Below are positions 40,352-54,397 of a stretch of DNA of 64,000 nucleotides, in pieces. The notes under the pieces are model-generated. The model was not told the DNA's origin. It saw only the letters and a list, made by a program, of their open reading frames with translations, and did not search any database. This stretch comes from Octopus sinensis (lineage: Eukaryota), in assembly GCF_006345805.1 (NCBI RefSeq), contig NC_043011.1:12474464-12538463 (forward strand), written 5' to 3'. A program made the translations under genes and the position numbers. Within the stretch, counting starts at the first letter, position 1, and every line of letters begins with the position of its first letter.

Positions 40352-40587
40352 AAATTAGAGATAAAACCACTATTAGGCAACTCAAGCAGTGATATATAAA
40401 ATATAAAAATATATAAAAATATAAGAATTAAAAAATTAAAAAATTTTTAAATATAAAAATTTTTAAATTTTATATTTTATATATATATTATATATTATAT
40501 TAATTATATTTATATTTTTTGTTATTTATGTATTGGTTTATGTCTATCACTGCTTGAGTTGCCTAATAGTTGTTTTATCTCTAATTT
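40352..40587. repeat. Fold-back element, 43-bp arms, AT-rich spacer
   Basis: aaattagagataaaaccactattaggcaactcaagcagtgata and its near-perfect inverse at 40545-40587. Confidence 0.8.
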
Positions 40588-40712
40588 ATTTTATATTTAT
40601 ACTGTGAAATTTGATTTAACCCTAAATCTAATTTTTCCTTCTAAGTTTGGATATAATCCCTAATATTATATATATATATATATATATATTCAAATATTAG
40701 AAGCAGCCTGAG

Positions 40713-41572
40713 GTATATAAACAAAATCGAACACAGTTACACAAAGTGTGTGGGTTGTTACTTCGTGGGTCAGCTGCGTTTTTAGGCATAAGAGAATATA
40801 TTCTCAATGCACCTGGCACTAAAAACACCTAAAAGTAGGTCATTGGCAAGAGAGGCAACTCACATCAGGTCCCCTCTTGGAGCAACAACGAGGAAACAGC
40901 GATGTCTGTCACTCCAAAAAGGGACTTGATGTGAGTTGTTTCACCTGCATATGACTTACTTTCAGGTGTCTAAATGCATCCAACCCATGAGCTAACTATT
41001 ATGCACACCTTATGTATTTTTTATTTATATTTTATTTTATCTAGTTTCAGCTCACGAGCTGTGGCCATGCTGGGGCACCGCCATTCTAAAGAGTCAGCAG
41101 AAGTTTGCCATTACCTTCTGCTGGAGCCGTGTGGAGCTTAGGTATTTTGCTCATAAACACACACATCACCCGGTTTGAGATTCGAACCCACGATCCCTCA
41201 ATTGCGAGTCCACTGATCTAACCACTAGGCCATTTCTGTTCATATACTCCAAGCTACTTCTAATTCATGTTTGAATTTTTTTTTCCATGGCATGAAACTT
41301 TGGAACATGCCAGCAGATGGTTTTTTTAAACCATTAAGCATATAGTGAAAGTCAGCAATATAGCATAATGTGTGCTCTGTTCAGTCGGTGGTATTGAAAA
41401 GTCACAACAATGATGAACATCAATGTCTGTCACTCCGGAAAGGGACCTGATGTGAGTTGTCTAGCTTACCTTTGACTTACTTTCCGGTGCTTTAACACCA
41501 GGCACATTGAGAATATGTTCTCATACCTAAAATGCAGCTGACACATCTTGTGTATGTGTGTTTGATTTTGTT

Positions 41573-41579
<7 letters not shown>
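40713..41579. mobile_element. Long-TIR non-autonomous element with a nested SINE fragment
   Basis: Degenerate inverted ends of about 170 bp (gtatataaacaaaatc...caactcacatcaggtccc / gggacctgatgtgagttg...gattttgtttatatac), TA flanks. Confidence 0.65.
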
Positions 41580-41617
<38 letters not shown>

Positions 41618-41698
41618 AATATAGGATAAAATTTTTCGAAAAAAATTATATCAATGGCCAGCATATGAAAAAAATACCTTTAAAGGTTAAATTTATAA

Positions 41699-42008
41699 AC
41701 AACTTATAAACAAGGGCAAAAGAAAAAAAATTCTAATGCCAAATAGGCCGAAAACAGACACATCGTCAATAACCATATAATTCATCACTATAAGCATGCA
41801 TCTCGAAGAAAGCCGACAGAAATTACTAAAAAATTCTGTTATCATATCGGATCCGATTTCAGAGTTAATTCATAAGAACCTTCTCTTCATCAGTGATAAA
41901 TGCGACAAAGAAATAAATGAAATACCTACTTATACCCATGACGATGTGTCTGTTTTTGGCATATTTGAAATTAGAAATTTTTTTCTTTTGCCCTTGTTTA
42001 TAAGTTGT
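41699..42008. repeat. Fold-back element, about 70-bp arms, intact hammerhead in the spacer
   Basis: Arms 41699-41768 and 41939-42008; (TA)n on both sides. Confidence 0.8.
41839..41899 (-). ncRNA. Type I hammerhead ribozyme, canonical core
   Basis: Minus strand TTATCA-CTGATGA-AGAG AA GGTTC TTAT GAATT AA CTCT-GAAA-TCG GATC CGA-TA-TGATAA. Perfect 6-bp stem I, extended stem II, palindromic stem III, AUA cleavage triplet. Confidence 0.85.
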
Positions 42009-43107
42009 ACATATATATATATATACACATACACACACATGCACACACGCACACACATATGTATGTATACTTGCACTTGTACATGCACACACACATAATT
42101 GTCAGACGTAGCTAAATAGGCAGGAATTTTACTTTCCAATCACAATACTTTGGGTGTGATCCCAATTCATAGCACATTAGGAAAGATTCCACTACCATAA
42201 TTTTGGACCAACCCAAACCATGTAAGGGAAATTGGGTCGTCGAACACTGTGCAGAGACATATTGGTCGAACTGTATCTGGAATATATGGAAAGTCAACTT
42301 TGTTACACCAATTCTGTCTGACGATTTCTTTAAGAATACAAATGTTTATGGAATATTGAACCAGTCAGTGAAGAGGCAGCTGTAACACAGATCAAACAAG
42401 CAAAATAACACTGATCATTAAACAAGATCCATTCACTTTACTTTTTATATGTGAGAGCTTTTGCTATGTAACTGAATGTTTAAAGAAACTTTTTCCAAGT
42501 TTTATGGCCATCAATACTAGAACAGTGAACAGTAAGTTCACTCTGCTTGTAGCTGCTGTTTTTGTTTGTGTGTGTGTGTATCTATTATTGAACAATATGA
42601 CATAACTTATGAGACTTCATCCTATCTAACTACAATAAATACATCAGAATTGATATAATTCAAATCTATATATTGTTCAGTAAGACCATTGATAGACATC
42701 CTCAATAAATCTGTCAATAATTCTTCTCAATAACGAAAAAGAACTGAGAAGTTGAATTTGACTGATTCCTCACAAGTGCTGAATCCTGCAACACTAAATA
42801 CCGATTGAATTGCATCTCTCAATACTCTCTTCTAGTTAACACTTCTTGTTAACACTTAAGAAACTATAGGAGATCAAAACCAATACATTGCAATCCACCA
42901 ATTTTATCAGGCAAATCCATTTTATAGAAGATTGTTTAAATAAGAGTAATTTGTAATCAATACAGCAAGGACTTGTAGACATTTCATTAGATTCCTGTAA
43001 ATGCAGAAGTTCTCAATGTAATATTGTTGTTGTGTAATCTATTCTTCTAACTAAATCATAATTACCATTCCAGTCAGTGCAGCTGATTGTTTCTGTTAGC
43101 TTGATTA

Positions 43108-43313
43108 CTCTTTTACTCTTTTACTTGTTTCAGTCATTTGACTGTGGTCATGCTGGAGCTCCGCCTTTAGTCGAGCAAATCGCACCTAGGACTTATTCTT
43201 TGTAAGCCTAGTACTTATTCTATCGGTCTCTTTTGCTGAACCGCTAAGTTACGGGGATGTAAACACACCAGCATCGGTTGTCAAGCGATGTTAGGGAGAC
43301 AAACACAGACACA

Positions 43314-43357
<44 letters not shown>

Positions 43358-43530
43358 CATATATATATACATATATACAACGGGCTTCTTTCAGTTTCTG
43401 TCTACCAAATCCACTCACAAGGCTTTGCTCGGCCCAAGGCTATAGTAGAAGACACTTGCCCAAGGTGCCACGCAGTGGGACTGAACCCAGAACCATGTGG
43501 CTGGTAAGCAAGCTACTTACCACACAGCCA
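43108..43530 (-). mobile_element. SINE family A
   Basis: Family match. Confidence 0.9.
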
Positions 43531-44801
43531 GTCAGGAGAAAAAGTTTAGAGAAGACTTTACAATGTTTATTATATCTTCTGGACTTTTAAAAGCTTCTCA
43601 CAAAGGGCATTCTGCAATCTAATGAGATAGTGTGAGTGGAAGATAATGTAGCTTGTAACAGATATGTATGAGGCATTATCTCTGCTATTTGTTCCTTCAA
43701 CCTGCTCAAAATAGCAGCCAAATTTCCCTTAAATTAACACCATACCATCTTAAAAGAGTAAGGACATTAGCTAAAGTAAACCTAGATACCCATAAAATGC
43801 CTGAATGATCACAAACAAAATTCTATGTTCATAAAGCTGCTTTACTAGGGTTGACCTAGGGCTAAACAGTAGCATCAACCTATATTAAATATCAACTATG
43901 TCAACATCAGCAGTCCAGAATTATCTGGAAAGATCATAACTACATTTTTTTTCTTAACCTACAACTGAATATTCAAAAACCAAATATTTATTTTATATTA
44001 TATTCATACTTTTCAGCAGACTCCATTTTTAAACTCAAGTGTATGACACACTCTGTGTGAGTGTGTGTGTGTGCATGCGTGTGTGTATATGTGTCTCACT
44101 CTCTTTCTCTCTCTCCCTCTCTCTCTCTCTCCCTATATATATATAGGAAAGTGGGTTTGAAAATGCAGATGTCTTTTAAAGATGTTTATTGACTTGACTT
44201 GTTTTACTTTTTTTAAAAAGATTATCAAAGTAAAATGTAAAGCTTTGTATAAACTTTGTTGTGTTAAAAAATGGTTATCATAATCGTTTTAAAATACAGT
44301 TATACAGTCTTTGATAATGATAAGAAAATGTTAGAAAATAGAATTTTTGACAATGATAAGAAAATGTTAAGATGAGCTTTGTGTTTAAACAGTTTACATG
44401 AAAGTGTTCAAAATAGGTAGTAAAATAAATTTATAATGTATTTATATGACTGTATAACATATTTTTTAACCTGAAACCAATGGTAGCCTTAATATGCAAA
44501 TTAAAAAATCTTTATCCACCAATGTGGTCTTAAGAATTCATTCTCATTGTTCAACATTTACATGAATATAAAGAGTGCAGCAGAAGTAACGACCTTTTGT
44601 ATTTGAGTTTTCTAGTTTCTAATTGAGTTTCTTTTTTATTTCCTAAAACTTCTGTGATTTTCTTCATTAGTTTATTATTCAATTCTTTAAGTAATAAATT
44701 TGTGTTCAATAAAAAAATTACTAATTAAACACTTATTATATTTCACTAGAGTTCTTATATGTTTACAAGGGCTAGATGGCCATCTCCAAGTAGCAGGACA
44801 T

Positions 44802-44852
44802 GCTACTCCAGACTGATGACGAGCAAAGACTCAGAAACTAGTCTCTGAGTGC
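44802..44852 (+). ncRNA. Minimal type I hammerhead ribozyme
   Basis: GCTACTCCAGA-CTGATGA-CGAG CAAAGA CTCA-GAAA-CTAG-TC-TCTGAGTGC. Bulged 9-bp stem I, C.A mismatch at the base of stem II, palindromic ACTAGT stem III, GUC site. Confidence 0.65.
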
Positions 44853-45189
44853 AGGCTTAGCTGGGTGGGGTGCTTATCTCCCCCTTGTAAACATGAGAAC
44901 ACAGGAAATGTGTCAAGGCCGACAGGAAGCATTGCTGCTTCCTAGGGCTAAATAGCAGTAATGTGATTCCCTTCATGGGACTGTCACATTAAGTTGACAG
45001 TATACAACTACTCTATCGTACCACTACTGCATATATCTCTCTGAGATATTTAGAAATGCAATATTTCGATTTTATATATATGAATATATATACAAAGTTC
45101 AAGAATGGAATTTGGGATATTTTCTTTAGTCGTATTTTGGATATATTTCTTTAGTCGTATTTTTTTACAAGTAAATAGTTATGAATAAA

Positions 45190-45344
45190 AATATAAATTG
45201 TTTGTAATATTTCAACATATTACTTTGGGCCAATGTACATCACACACATCTCAGATAAATAACAATAAATTACTATTTATCTTGTCTGCTGAGATGCACA
45301 TTGGTCTAATGTAATATGTTGAAATATTACAAACAATTTATATT
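45190..45344. repeat. Palindromic MITE-like hairpin
   Basis: About 47-bp imperfect arms plus an inner catctcag/ctgagatg pair. Confidence 0.7.
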
Positions 45345-45550
45345 TTCTTTTAGTTTTATATTCACGAAAAAAAATTACATCTACCATATATTGTTAAAAT
45401 GGATGTAACTAAAGAATAAGCATAATACCATAAATTTTTTTCTTGGACACATTTATTATCCCTGGAATTTCAGTTTGTATAAATGGTTTCCTGTAAGGAA
45501 AATTGTCCACTTCTATACACCATGTTTGCCTGTGTTTGCAGGAGTTCTGA

Positions 45551-46440
<890 letters not shown>

Positions 46441-47194
46441 TAAGTACTCCTTTTGATTTACTTCAGTCATAGAAACATCTGTGCCTATATACAAACACAA
46501 CAAATTATGAAGGCAGGCAAGTCATTACAGAACCTCTAGAACTCTATCATAATTGAGGGCCCAAGCCATATGAACATAATTTTCTATAAATTCAATATTG
46601 GCCAGTAAAAAGGATTATTATTTTTAGTAGCATATTCTATTAATCTTCCATTATGACATCTTATCTGAGACAAAAAAAAAAAAAAACTTAGTCCTAATGC
46701 TGACAAAAGAATATACATTTTCCTTTTGTGAGGCATAATGAAAGATTAACTAACTATGCTGTTAAACTTCATTTTAAAACGTAAAACTTATTATATTTGT
46801 GTGTACAAGCTCTACCCTTATTTTCCATGTAGCTCTTTCTCCCTTGTTTTATCATAGTCAACACACATTTCTATTTCATGAATATGTTTATAACTCCATA
46901 TAAACACATGTAAATGGGAAACATTAACAAGCATTTCTGTATAAACACTCCTATCTATAACTTTCACTTATGTACAATTTACTGAAGAGAAGATGAGGTT
47001 CTATTCTTAATTTGCTTTTTATTTATGTAATTGCTTGAAATATTGATTATCAATAGCTTAAGACAGCATATATATTTCAAACTATGTTAAAATTAATTTG
47101 TGTTAAAATTAACTAAAAGTTAATTTAAAGTATAAGGAGAAAAATAAAATAAGATGTTAGTTATATATTTTAAGATATATTTCTGGATTTTCTA

Positions 47195-47590
47195 CAGGAG
47201 TGGCTGTGTGGTAAGTAGTTTGTTTACCAACCACATGGTTCCGGGTTCAGTCCCACTGCATGGCACCTTGGGCAAGTGTCTTCTACTATAGCCTCAGGCC
47301 GACCAAAGCCCTGCGAGTGGATTTGGTAGATGGAAACTGAAAGAAGCCTGTCGTATATACGTATATATATATGGGTGTGTGTGTGTCTGTGTTTGTTCCC
47401 CTAGCATTGCTTGACAACCGATGCTGGTGTGTTTACATCCCCGTTACTTAGCGGTTCAGCAAAAGAGACCGATAGAATAAGTACTGGGCTTACAAAAGAA
47501 TAAGTCCCGGGATCGAGTTGCTTGATTAAAGGTGGTGCTCCAGCATGGCCGCAGTCAAATGACTGAAACAAGTAAAAGAGTAAAAGAGTA
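47195..47590 (+). mobile_element. SINE family A
   Basis: Family match. Confidence 0.9.
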
Positions 47591-48286
47591 ATTTATTAAA
47601 GAAACATTACTTTCTCTATTTGACAGCTCATAAAGAGCACAATCTTATAAAATGTGCTTCAATTAGGGCTGGCCATTTCTTAAACCAACCCAAATCCTGA
47701 CCTTGTGTTTATAAGATGATTTTTTTTTGGACTTTATTTGTTACTTTTTTTCTTTTATTTCTTCAAGGAAAAAAACGCACCTTTTATGTAATTGAATACG
47801 CATTTAAAAGTCAACATGAGTAATGTTCTAGAATTTTATTAAGTTGATTCATAAAATATATTTTTAATGAGATATAATTTTACATGTCAGATAAAATTAG
47901 ACACACTGTTTCTCGCAGCAAATTACTCTCTCTATATAATAATGATTCTAGTTGAAAGAGTAAAAGAATTAAAATAAATTTCCAGATCTTTGAGTATATA
48001 TAAGGCAGATGTACAACTTAGGGAAATTATTGACAAGATAAACTACTTCAGGCACAAATAAGAATATACAGAGTATATACAACAGGCAGGTAGACAGGTA
48101 GATAAATAGATTCAAAAGGGCAGAAATTGTGTGAAGGTTATAAATACATGATAGAAACGTAAACAACTGCTGTCTTTGTAAACAGAAGGCATTAAAATCA
48201 TTGCCAAGTACAGAGAAAATATCATTTCACAAGCTCAATGAAAGATCACACAGCTAAAGATTTCCATAACAATACCCTCTCAAAAC

Positions 48287-48335
<49 letters not shown>

Positions 48336-48668
48336 GGTGCATGGCTCAGTGGTTAGAGCGTCGAACATACGATCGTGAGGTTGTGAGCTCGAATCCTGGA
48401 CCGGGCTGCATGTTGTGTTCTTGAGCAAGACACTTTATTTCACGTTGCTCCAGTTCACTCAGCTGTAGAAATGAATTGCGACATCACAGGTGCCAAGCTG
48501 TATCTGCCCCTTTGCCTTTCCCTTGGATAACACTGGTGACGTGGAGAGGGGAGGCCGGTATGCATGGGTGACTGCTGGTCTTCCATAAACAACCTTGCCC
48601 GGACTTGTGCCTCGGAGGGTAACTTTCTAGGTGCAATCCCATGGTCTGTGTTGTGACCAAAGGGTGTC
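48336..48668 (+). mobile_element. SINE family C
   Basis: tRNA-like head directly after (TA)n. Confidence 0.85.
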
Positions 48669-48683
48669 TCAGAATATATATAT

Positions 48684-49073
48684 ACTCTTTTACTTGTTTC
48701 AGTCATTTGACTGCGGCCATGCTGGACATCGCCTTTAGTCAAGCAAATCGACCTCAGGACTTATTCTTTGTAAGCCTAGTTCTTATTCTATTGGTCTCTT
48801 TTGCCAAACTGCTAAGTTACAGGGACGTAAACACACCACAATCGATTGTCAAGCGATGTTGGGGGGGGGAGGGCAAACATATACACATACATACATAGTA
48901 TATACATATATACGACAGGCTTCTTTCAGTTTCCATCTACCAAATCTATTCACAAGGCTTTGGTTCGCCCGAGGCTATAGTAGACACTTGCCCAAAGAGT
49001 TAAGCAGTGGAACTGAACCCAGAACTATGTGGTTGGTAAGCAAGCTACTTACCACACAGCCACTCCTGTGCCT
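48684..49073 (-). mobile_element. SINE family A
   Basis: Family match. Confidence 0.85.
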
Positions 49074-49499
49074 ATATATATATATTATTTAAAACAGTTT
49101 CATTCAGCTCCATGCTACTTCAAGATTTGCAGACCTCTAACAGGAGCCTGACTCCTTCACGCTTCTGGAATGCCAAATGTGTGTGTGTTTGTGTGTGTGC
49201 AAGTGTGTGTGTGTGAAGGTGTATGGCCTAGTGGTTAGAGTGTTGTACTCACAATTGAAGGCTTGTGGTTTTGATTCCCAGACTGGGTATTACATTGTGT
49301 TCTTGAGCAAAACATTTCATTTAATGTTGCCCTATTCTACTCAGTTGCAAATGGGTAAATCTGTGAGTGCAGGTATTCCATACAAAGGTGAATGTTAACC
49401 TGCATGCCCAGCTAGTGGGATGACACCATTCAAAAGCTACAACATTGAGAGGATACACATTGTGACCAGCAGTGTATTGCAATATCAAATAGTCTGGTT

Positions 49500-49958
<459 letters not shown>

Positions 49959-49960
<2 letters not shown>

Positions 49961-50290
49961 CGCATGGCTCAGTGGTTAGAGCATCGAGCTTATGATCAAG
50001 AGGTTGTGAGCTCGAATCCTGGACCGGGCTGTGTGTTGTGTTCTTGAGCAAGACACTTTATTTCATGTTGTTCCAGTTCACTCACCTGTAGAAATGAGTT
50101 GCGACATCATAGGTGCCAAGCTGTATCAGCTGGTGCCTTTCCCTTAGATAACACTGGTGGCATGGAGAGGGGAGGCCGGTATGCATGGGCGACTGCTGGT
50201 CTTCCATAAACAGCTTTGCCGGGACATGTGCCTGGCAGCGTAACCTTCTAGGTGCAATCCCATGGTCTGTCGTGACCGAAGTGGGTCTCA
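49959..50290 (+). mobile_element. SINE family C
   Basis: tRNA-like head directly after (TA)n. Confidence 0.85.
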
Positions 50291-50311
50291 GATATATATA
50301 TGTGTGTGTGT

Positions 50312-50462
50312 GTAAAGATTATTTGCCAACATAATGAGTCATACTGTTTGAAAATATAAGGACACAGATGTGCCAGTCAGAGATGATGTTTCCTGGGGCT
50401 AAAACAACAGTAATATTCATCCCAACTGGGACTGCCACATTATGTTGGCAAATAATCTTTAC
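50312..50462. repeat. Small MITE-like element with 25-bp inverted ends
   Basis: gtaaagattatttgccaacataatg / cattatgttggcaaataatctttac. Confidence 0.65.
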
Positions 50463-51058
50463 TTTAAAGTATTGCTACTATATGTCTCTCGTTGAGAGAT
50501 TTAGAAATAATAAAGTTTCTATTTACATATATATATATATATATATATATATGTATTAAAGTCATACTCTGTTACCACCAATGCAACAGAATATATCACT
50601 GGTAATTTGAGGCTCAAAGAAGCCATCTTCCTCAGTAAACAGAAACTGTCCATCAACATTGAAGCAAATTAGCTATTGTAACAATGCCATTTTATGCATG
50701 TCACGATCTATTCTCACATATCCATAGATGAGGATCAGTGTGTTTAACTTAAGTTGAAAGAAAGAAAAAAGAGCAAAAAAGTAAATATCTATGAAATGTT
50801 GAATCATAGTAAAGAAAGAGGGGAGAGAGAGAAGGAGGGAGAAGAGAGAGAGAGAGAAAGTAAGTAAATGGTGAAGAGTAAGACTATAATTTCTGCAGAT
50901 TTCCAGTTGACCAACAGCATTCATACTGTAAATCCACAGGAGGCTAACAAGCAATTCTTGCTTGCAACAAAATATGATTTGTTAAAACCAGTAATGTCAC
51001 AGTTTTCCACACAGGTTAGCTGTGTATATAATGATATAGTAAAACAGGAAATACTTAC

Positions 51059-51096
51059 TTGACCAACAAGAATTGGAATACTTTATCACTGTGCAT
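51059..51096 (-). CDS. Candidate alternative first coding exon of PDE4 (MHSDKVFQFLLV-N|FDVENG)
   Basis: ATG at 51096, 12 codons + AA, strong GTAAGT donor (51053-51058). Phase 2 is compatible with the UCR1 exon. In-frame stop upstream. No homology support. Confidence 0.35.
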
Positions 51097-51420
51097 GCAT
51101 ATACAGTTGCGTGCGTGTGTGCACACATACACGCGAGTACTGTCCAAATCTCCGACCAATCACATACAGCTAGCTGGCATTCAATTGGCGTATCAAGTTT
51201 CGGGCATTTTGATTGGGTTTTGATAGAAAATTCACAAAAAAGTCACTTCTATTGATTTTTTAACGGCTTTGCGGGGTTACTGGGAAATGTAAAGATGTGC
51301 ACGACCACCCTTGGATGGTTTTGAATGACCATAGAAAGTGTGAGCCCTCTAACTGAAAAATTGTGGATTTGTATAAAGGACACACACGCAGACATTTTGC
51401 CGTTTATACATATAGAGATT
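51097..51420 (-). promoter_or_regulatory. Possible internal promoter/5'UTR region
   Basis: Non-repetitive stretch with visibly more CpG than its flanks, CCAAT/ATTGG motifs near 51155, 51184 and 51211, directly upstream of the candidate first exon. Confidence 0.3.
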
Positions 51421-53243
51421 ATTTGAACAGATTTTTCTAATGAAGAACCTAATACATCTTGATTTTGCAAGAATCAATTAGACATAAATTCCAATAAACA
51501 TATACATTTCTGAACTAAAAACATCACTGCTATAAAAATAAATTTTGCAGCATCAAAATATGTAGATTTAAAGAACGACTAACCATGCAATACCTAACAG
51601 ATGTAATTATTTATAACACTTGAATGTATTCAGACCTTTAAAAATAAGGAATACTGGTGGAACATTCTAATAAAACAGTAATCACAATAGACCTGATATT
51701 GTTCTATAGGACAGGGAACAAAGCCATGCATTCTAGAGATCAGCTGCTGAGTGGATGTGAATGTTTCATCTAGAACTGTGGCAACTATGGGGAACTACCT
51801 ACTATCATAGGTGCACTAGGCTATGAAGCAACAGGTTTGCCTAAATACTGGAAATGCTGGGATTTTCCAAGAAAGAGCTAAGCAAACCGAATTGCATCAT
51901 CCAAGCCTAATCAATTAGGCAGTCCAGTGAAGATTAATAAAACATTCCAAAGATTCTCCATTTGAGTTTCCTGTAATGAATGTATAACAATCACATTTGG
52001 CATACACCCGTAAAACATAATTAGACACACACTCAAATACTAAAGTACATGCAATTCATTACAGGAGTGCAAGTATATCCACACGTAGGCCTATATACAC
52101 GCAATATATATACACATTAACTCATTCACATATTCACAGATCTCTTGAAGTTTCTTCATACAAAGGAGAAACCTTGTCACTGACTTGAATTCTGTAAAGA
52201 ATTTCAATATGTCTCAAAGTAAAGCATACATGAAAGTACGACTTGCATTTAGATTTACCAAGGAAGAACGTAGTTCCATGACTTATATACTACTGGCAAA
52301 CATGAGATTCGTGACAATAAAAACCTACATATCCTTTTTACAATTCAAAGCATTGCTGGTTTCACAGAGAATAAAAGAAAAAAAATCATTCTTTTTTTAT
52401 TATATCAAATATCTTTTCTTTACAATGTTGTCATGAGGCTGGTAGGTTATCAAAATATACACTAAAACTTCAAACAACGAAAATAAATTCATACATGTAG
52501 GCAAATAAAAAGAACACAAAGTTAAGTTGGTTGTATTTATATTCAGAATATGTACAAATTATTTTTTGCATTTTTTCACCTGCTTCTATAGAACTCCACT
52601 GTTTGGTGGTAGGTCAGTTATTCTAGATAATATGAAACAGTAATAAGCAATGTAAATTCATAAAAACAGTAGTGCATGTACTAAGGGGAAAATGACATTT
52701 CAAGGAATATAAAAAGCAGCAGTTTATACATTCATGAGGACAGATTGTCAGTGCAGAATTAAATTAATCAACAATATGTAAGTTTTTAAAATGACATTTA
52801 TGAGAGCAAAGCCTTATATTTGGATATCAATACTGGGTCATTTTCAAATGTCACACGGTTAAAGCAGACAATTTCACCACCATAAAAAGGAAATGACTAT
52901 ACTTTTGGGAACTGAACAGAATTGTCCAGCTTAGTAAGTATCTTGGATGAAACTAGATGAATGAAAGCTCCTTTCGTAGTAGAGATTCTGTTGTTGTGAC
53001 ATACAAATAAAGATGGGTAACAATTGATGTAGAAGCTGCAAAATGGCTTGGAGCTATAATAGTTGAAGCAGTGAAAGTAAAAAAGTTGCAGTGGCTTGTA
53101 AACTGTAATAGCTGCAAAATGGCTCGTTGCTGTAAGTTGTGCATCTGTTCATACTTTCAATGTTTATAAAATGTTTTAAAGTTAGTTTATTCTGTGTTAG
53201 GAGATGAAAGATGTACAACTGCATAAGTCAAATTATGCTGGAG

Positions 53244-53858
53244 TCATCTTTTCAGTTTGAACAGCAGTTTTTAACATAATTTCTAGGTAACTAAAAAATT
53301 TTAAACTTTGTATACTGGTAGAATGTGTTTATAAAACATCTTTTCTCTTGGCTTTATTGAGAAAATTCTATTGTTTGTAAGATATTTGTTGTTTTTTTTC
53401 TTCAATTTCTGCAATTTCAACCAATCAGTGACATCTATTGAGGTAAAAAAACATTCTGTGCCGTATGAATATGTCCCTCGTTTAAGAAACAGATTGGGTT
53501 TATTTACATTTGTGAAGAAAAAAGATACCTTTTCCCCCACCCCTAGCCCTAACCCTAACCCTAAAACAGATTGAAATGCACTAGATCGATAATAGGGTCA
53601 TAATTATGGGTGACAATTTCATATGACACCGCCAGAAAAACCAGAATGTTGTTTACCTCAATAGACATCACTGATTGGTTGAAATTGCAGAAATTGAAGA
53701 AAAAAAAAACAACAAATATCTTACAATCTATAGAATTTTCTCAATAAAGCCAAGAGAAAAAGATGTTTTATAAACACATTCTACCAGTATACGATGTTTA
53801 AAATTTTTTAGTTACCTAGAAATTATGTTAAAAACTGCCGTTCAAACCAAAAAGATCC
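53244..53858. mobile_element. MITE family M1 fold-back derivative
   Basis: Forward body 53244-53640, then an inverted copy of its own left about 215 bp (53642-53858). Confidence 0.8.
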
Positions 53859-54200
53859 ATCTTTATTTGAATAAGAAGCTGAAAATTTCAGGAATGAAAT
53901 ATGGATATTTTGAGAAATAAATAAAACTGCACTACTTATACTTGAATACCTTTCTCCCAACATATGCATATGCATTAAAATGCATCTCATTCTTTTACTT
54001 TATGTATGTATAAGTATTTGAAGCAATAAAACAAAGTAATAAAACTACAAATTTCCTTCAAGGATAAATTGTACCATGTTAAAAACATGATCAAAATTCA
54101 TGGTATTTACTCACTTGATCTTTGTGTGCGTATGTATATGCATTGTGTATGTAACATATAAACAAACAATAATTTCCTACACTAAATATGACCAGCTTAC

Positions 54201-54224
54201 CCGAAGCTGCTTGTTTCAGCAAAG
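54201..54224 (-). CDS. Candidate 24-nt symmetric (phase 2-2) microexon encoding FAETSSF(G)
   Basis: Reverse strand: tttttctggtttgatagttacag|CTTTGCTGAAACAAGCAGCTTCGG|gtaagc. Open in the frame that joins the UCR1 exon. Splice signals only. Confidence 0.2.
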
Positions 54225-54397
54225 CTGTAACTATCAAACCAGAAAAATGGATTTTAGAATCCTTTCTGTCCTACCTTCACTCTATAATCCTTTACGTTTT
54301 TGCTCTCCTTCTCCTTACTCTCCTTATCATCATATCCCTCTCCTAATTCTATTACTTCTTTATTCACACCACCATTTTTTTCTAAATTCTCTATCTC

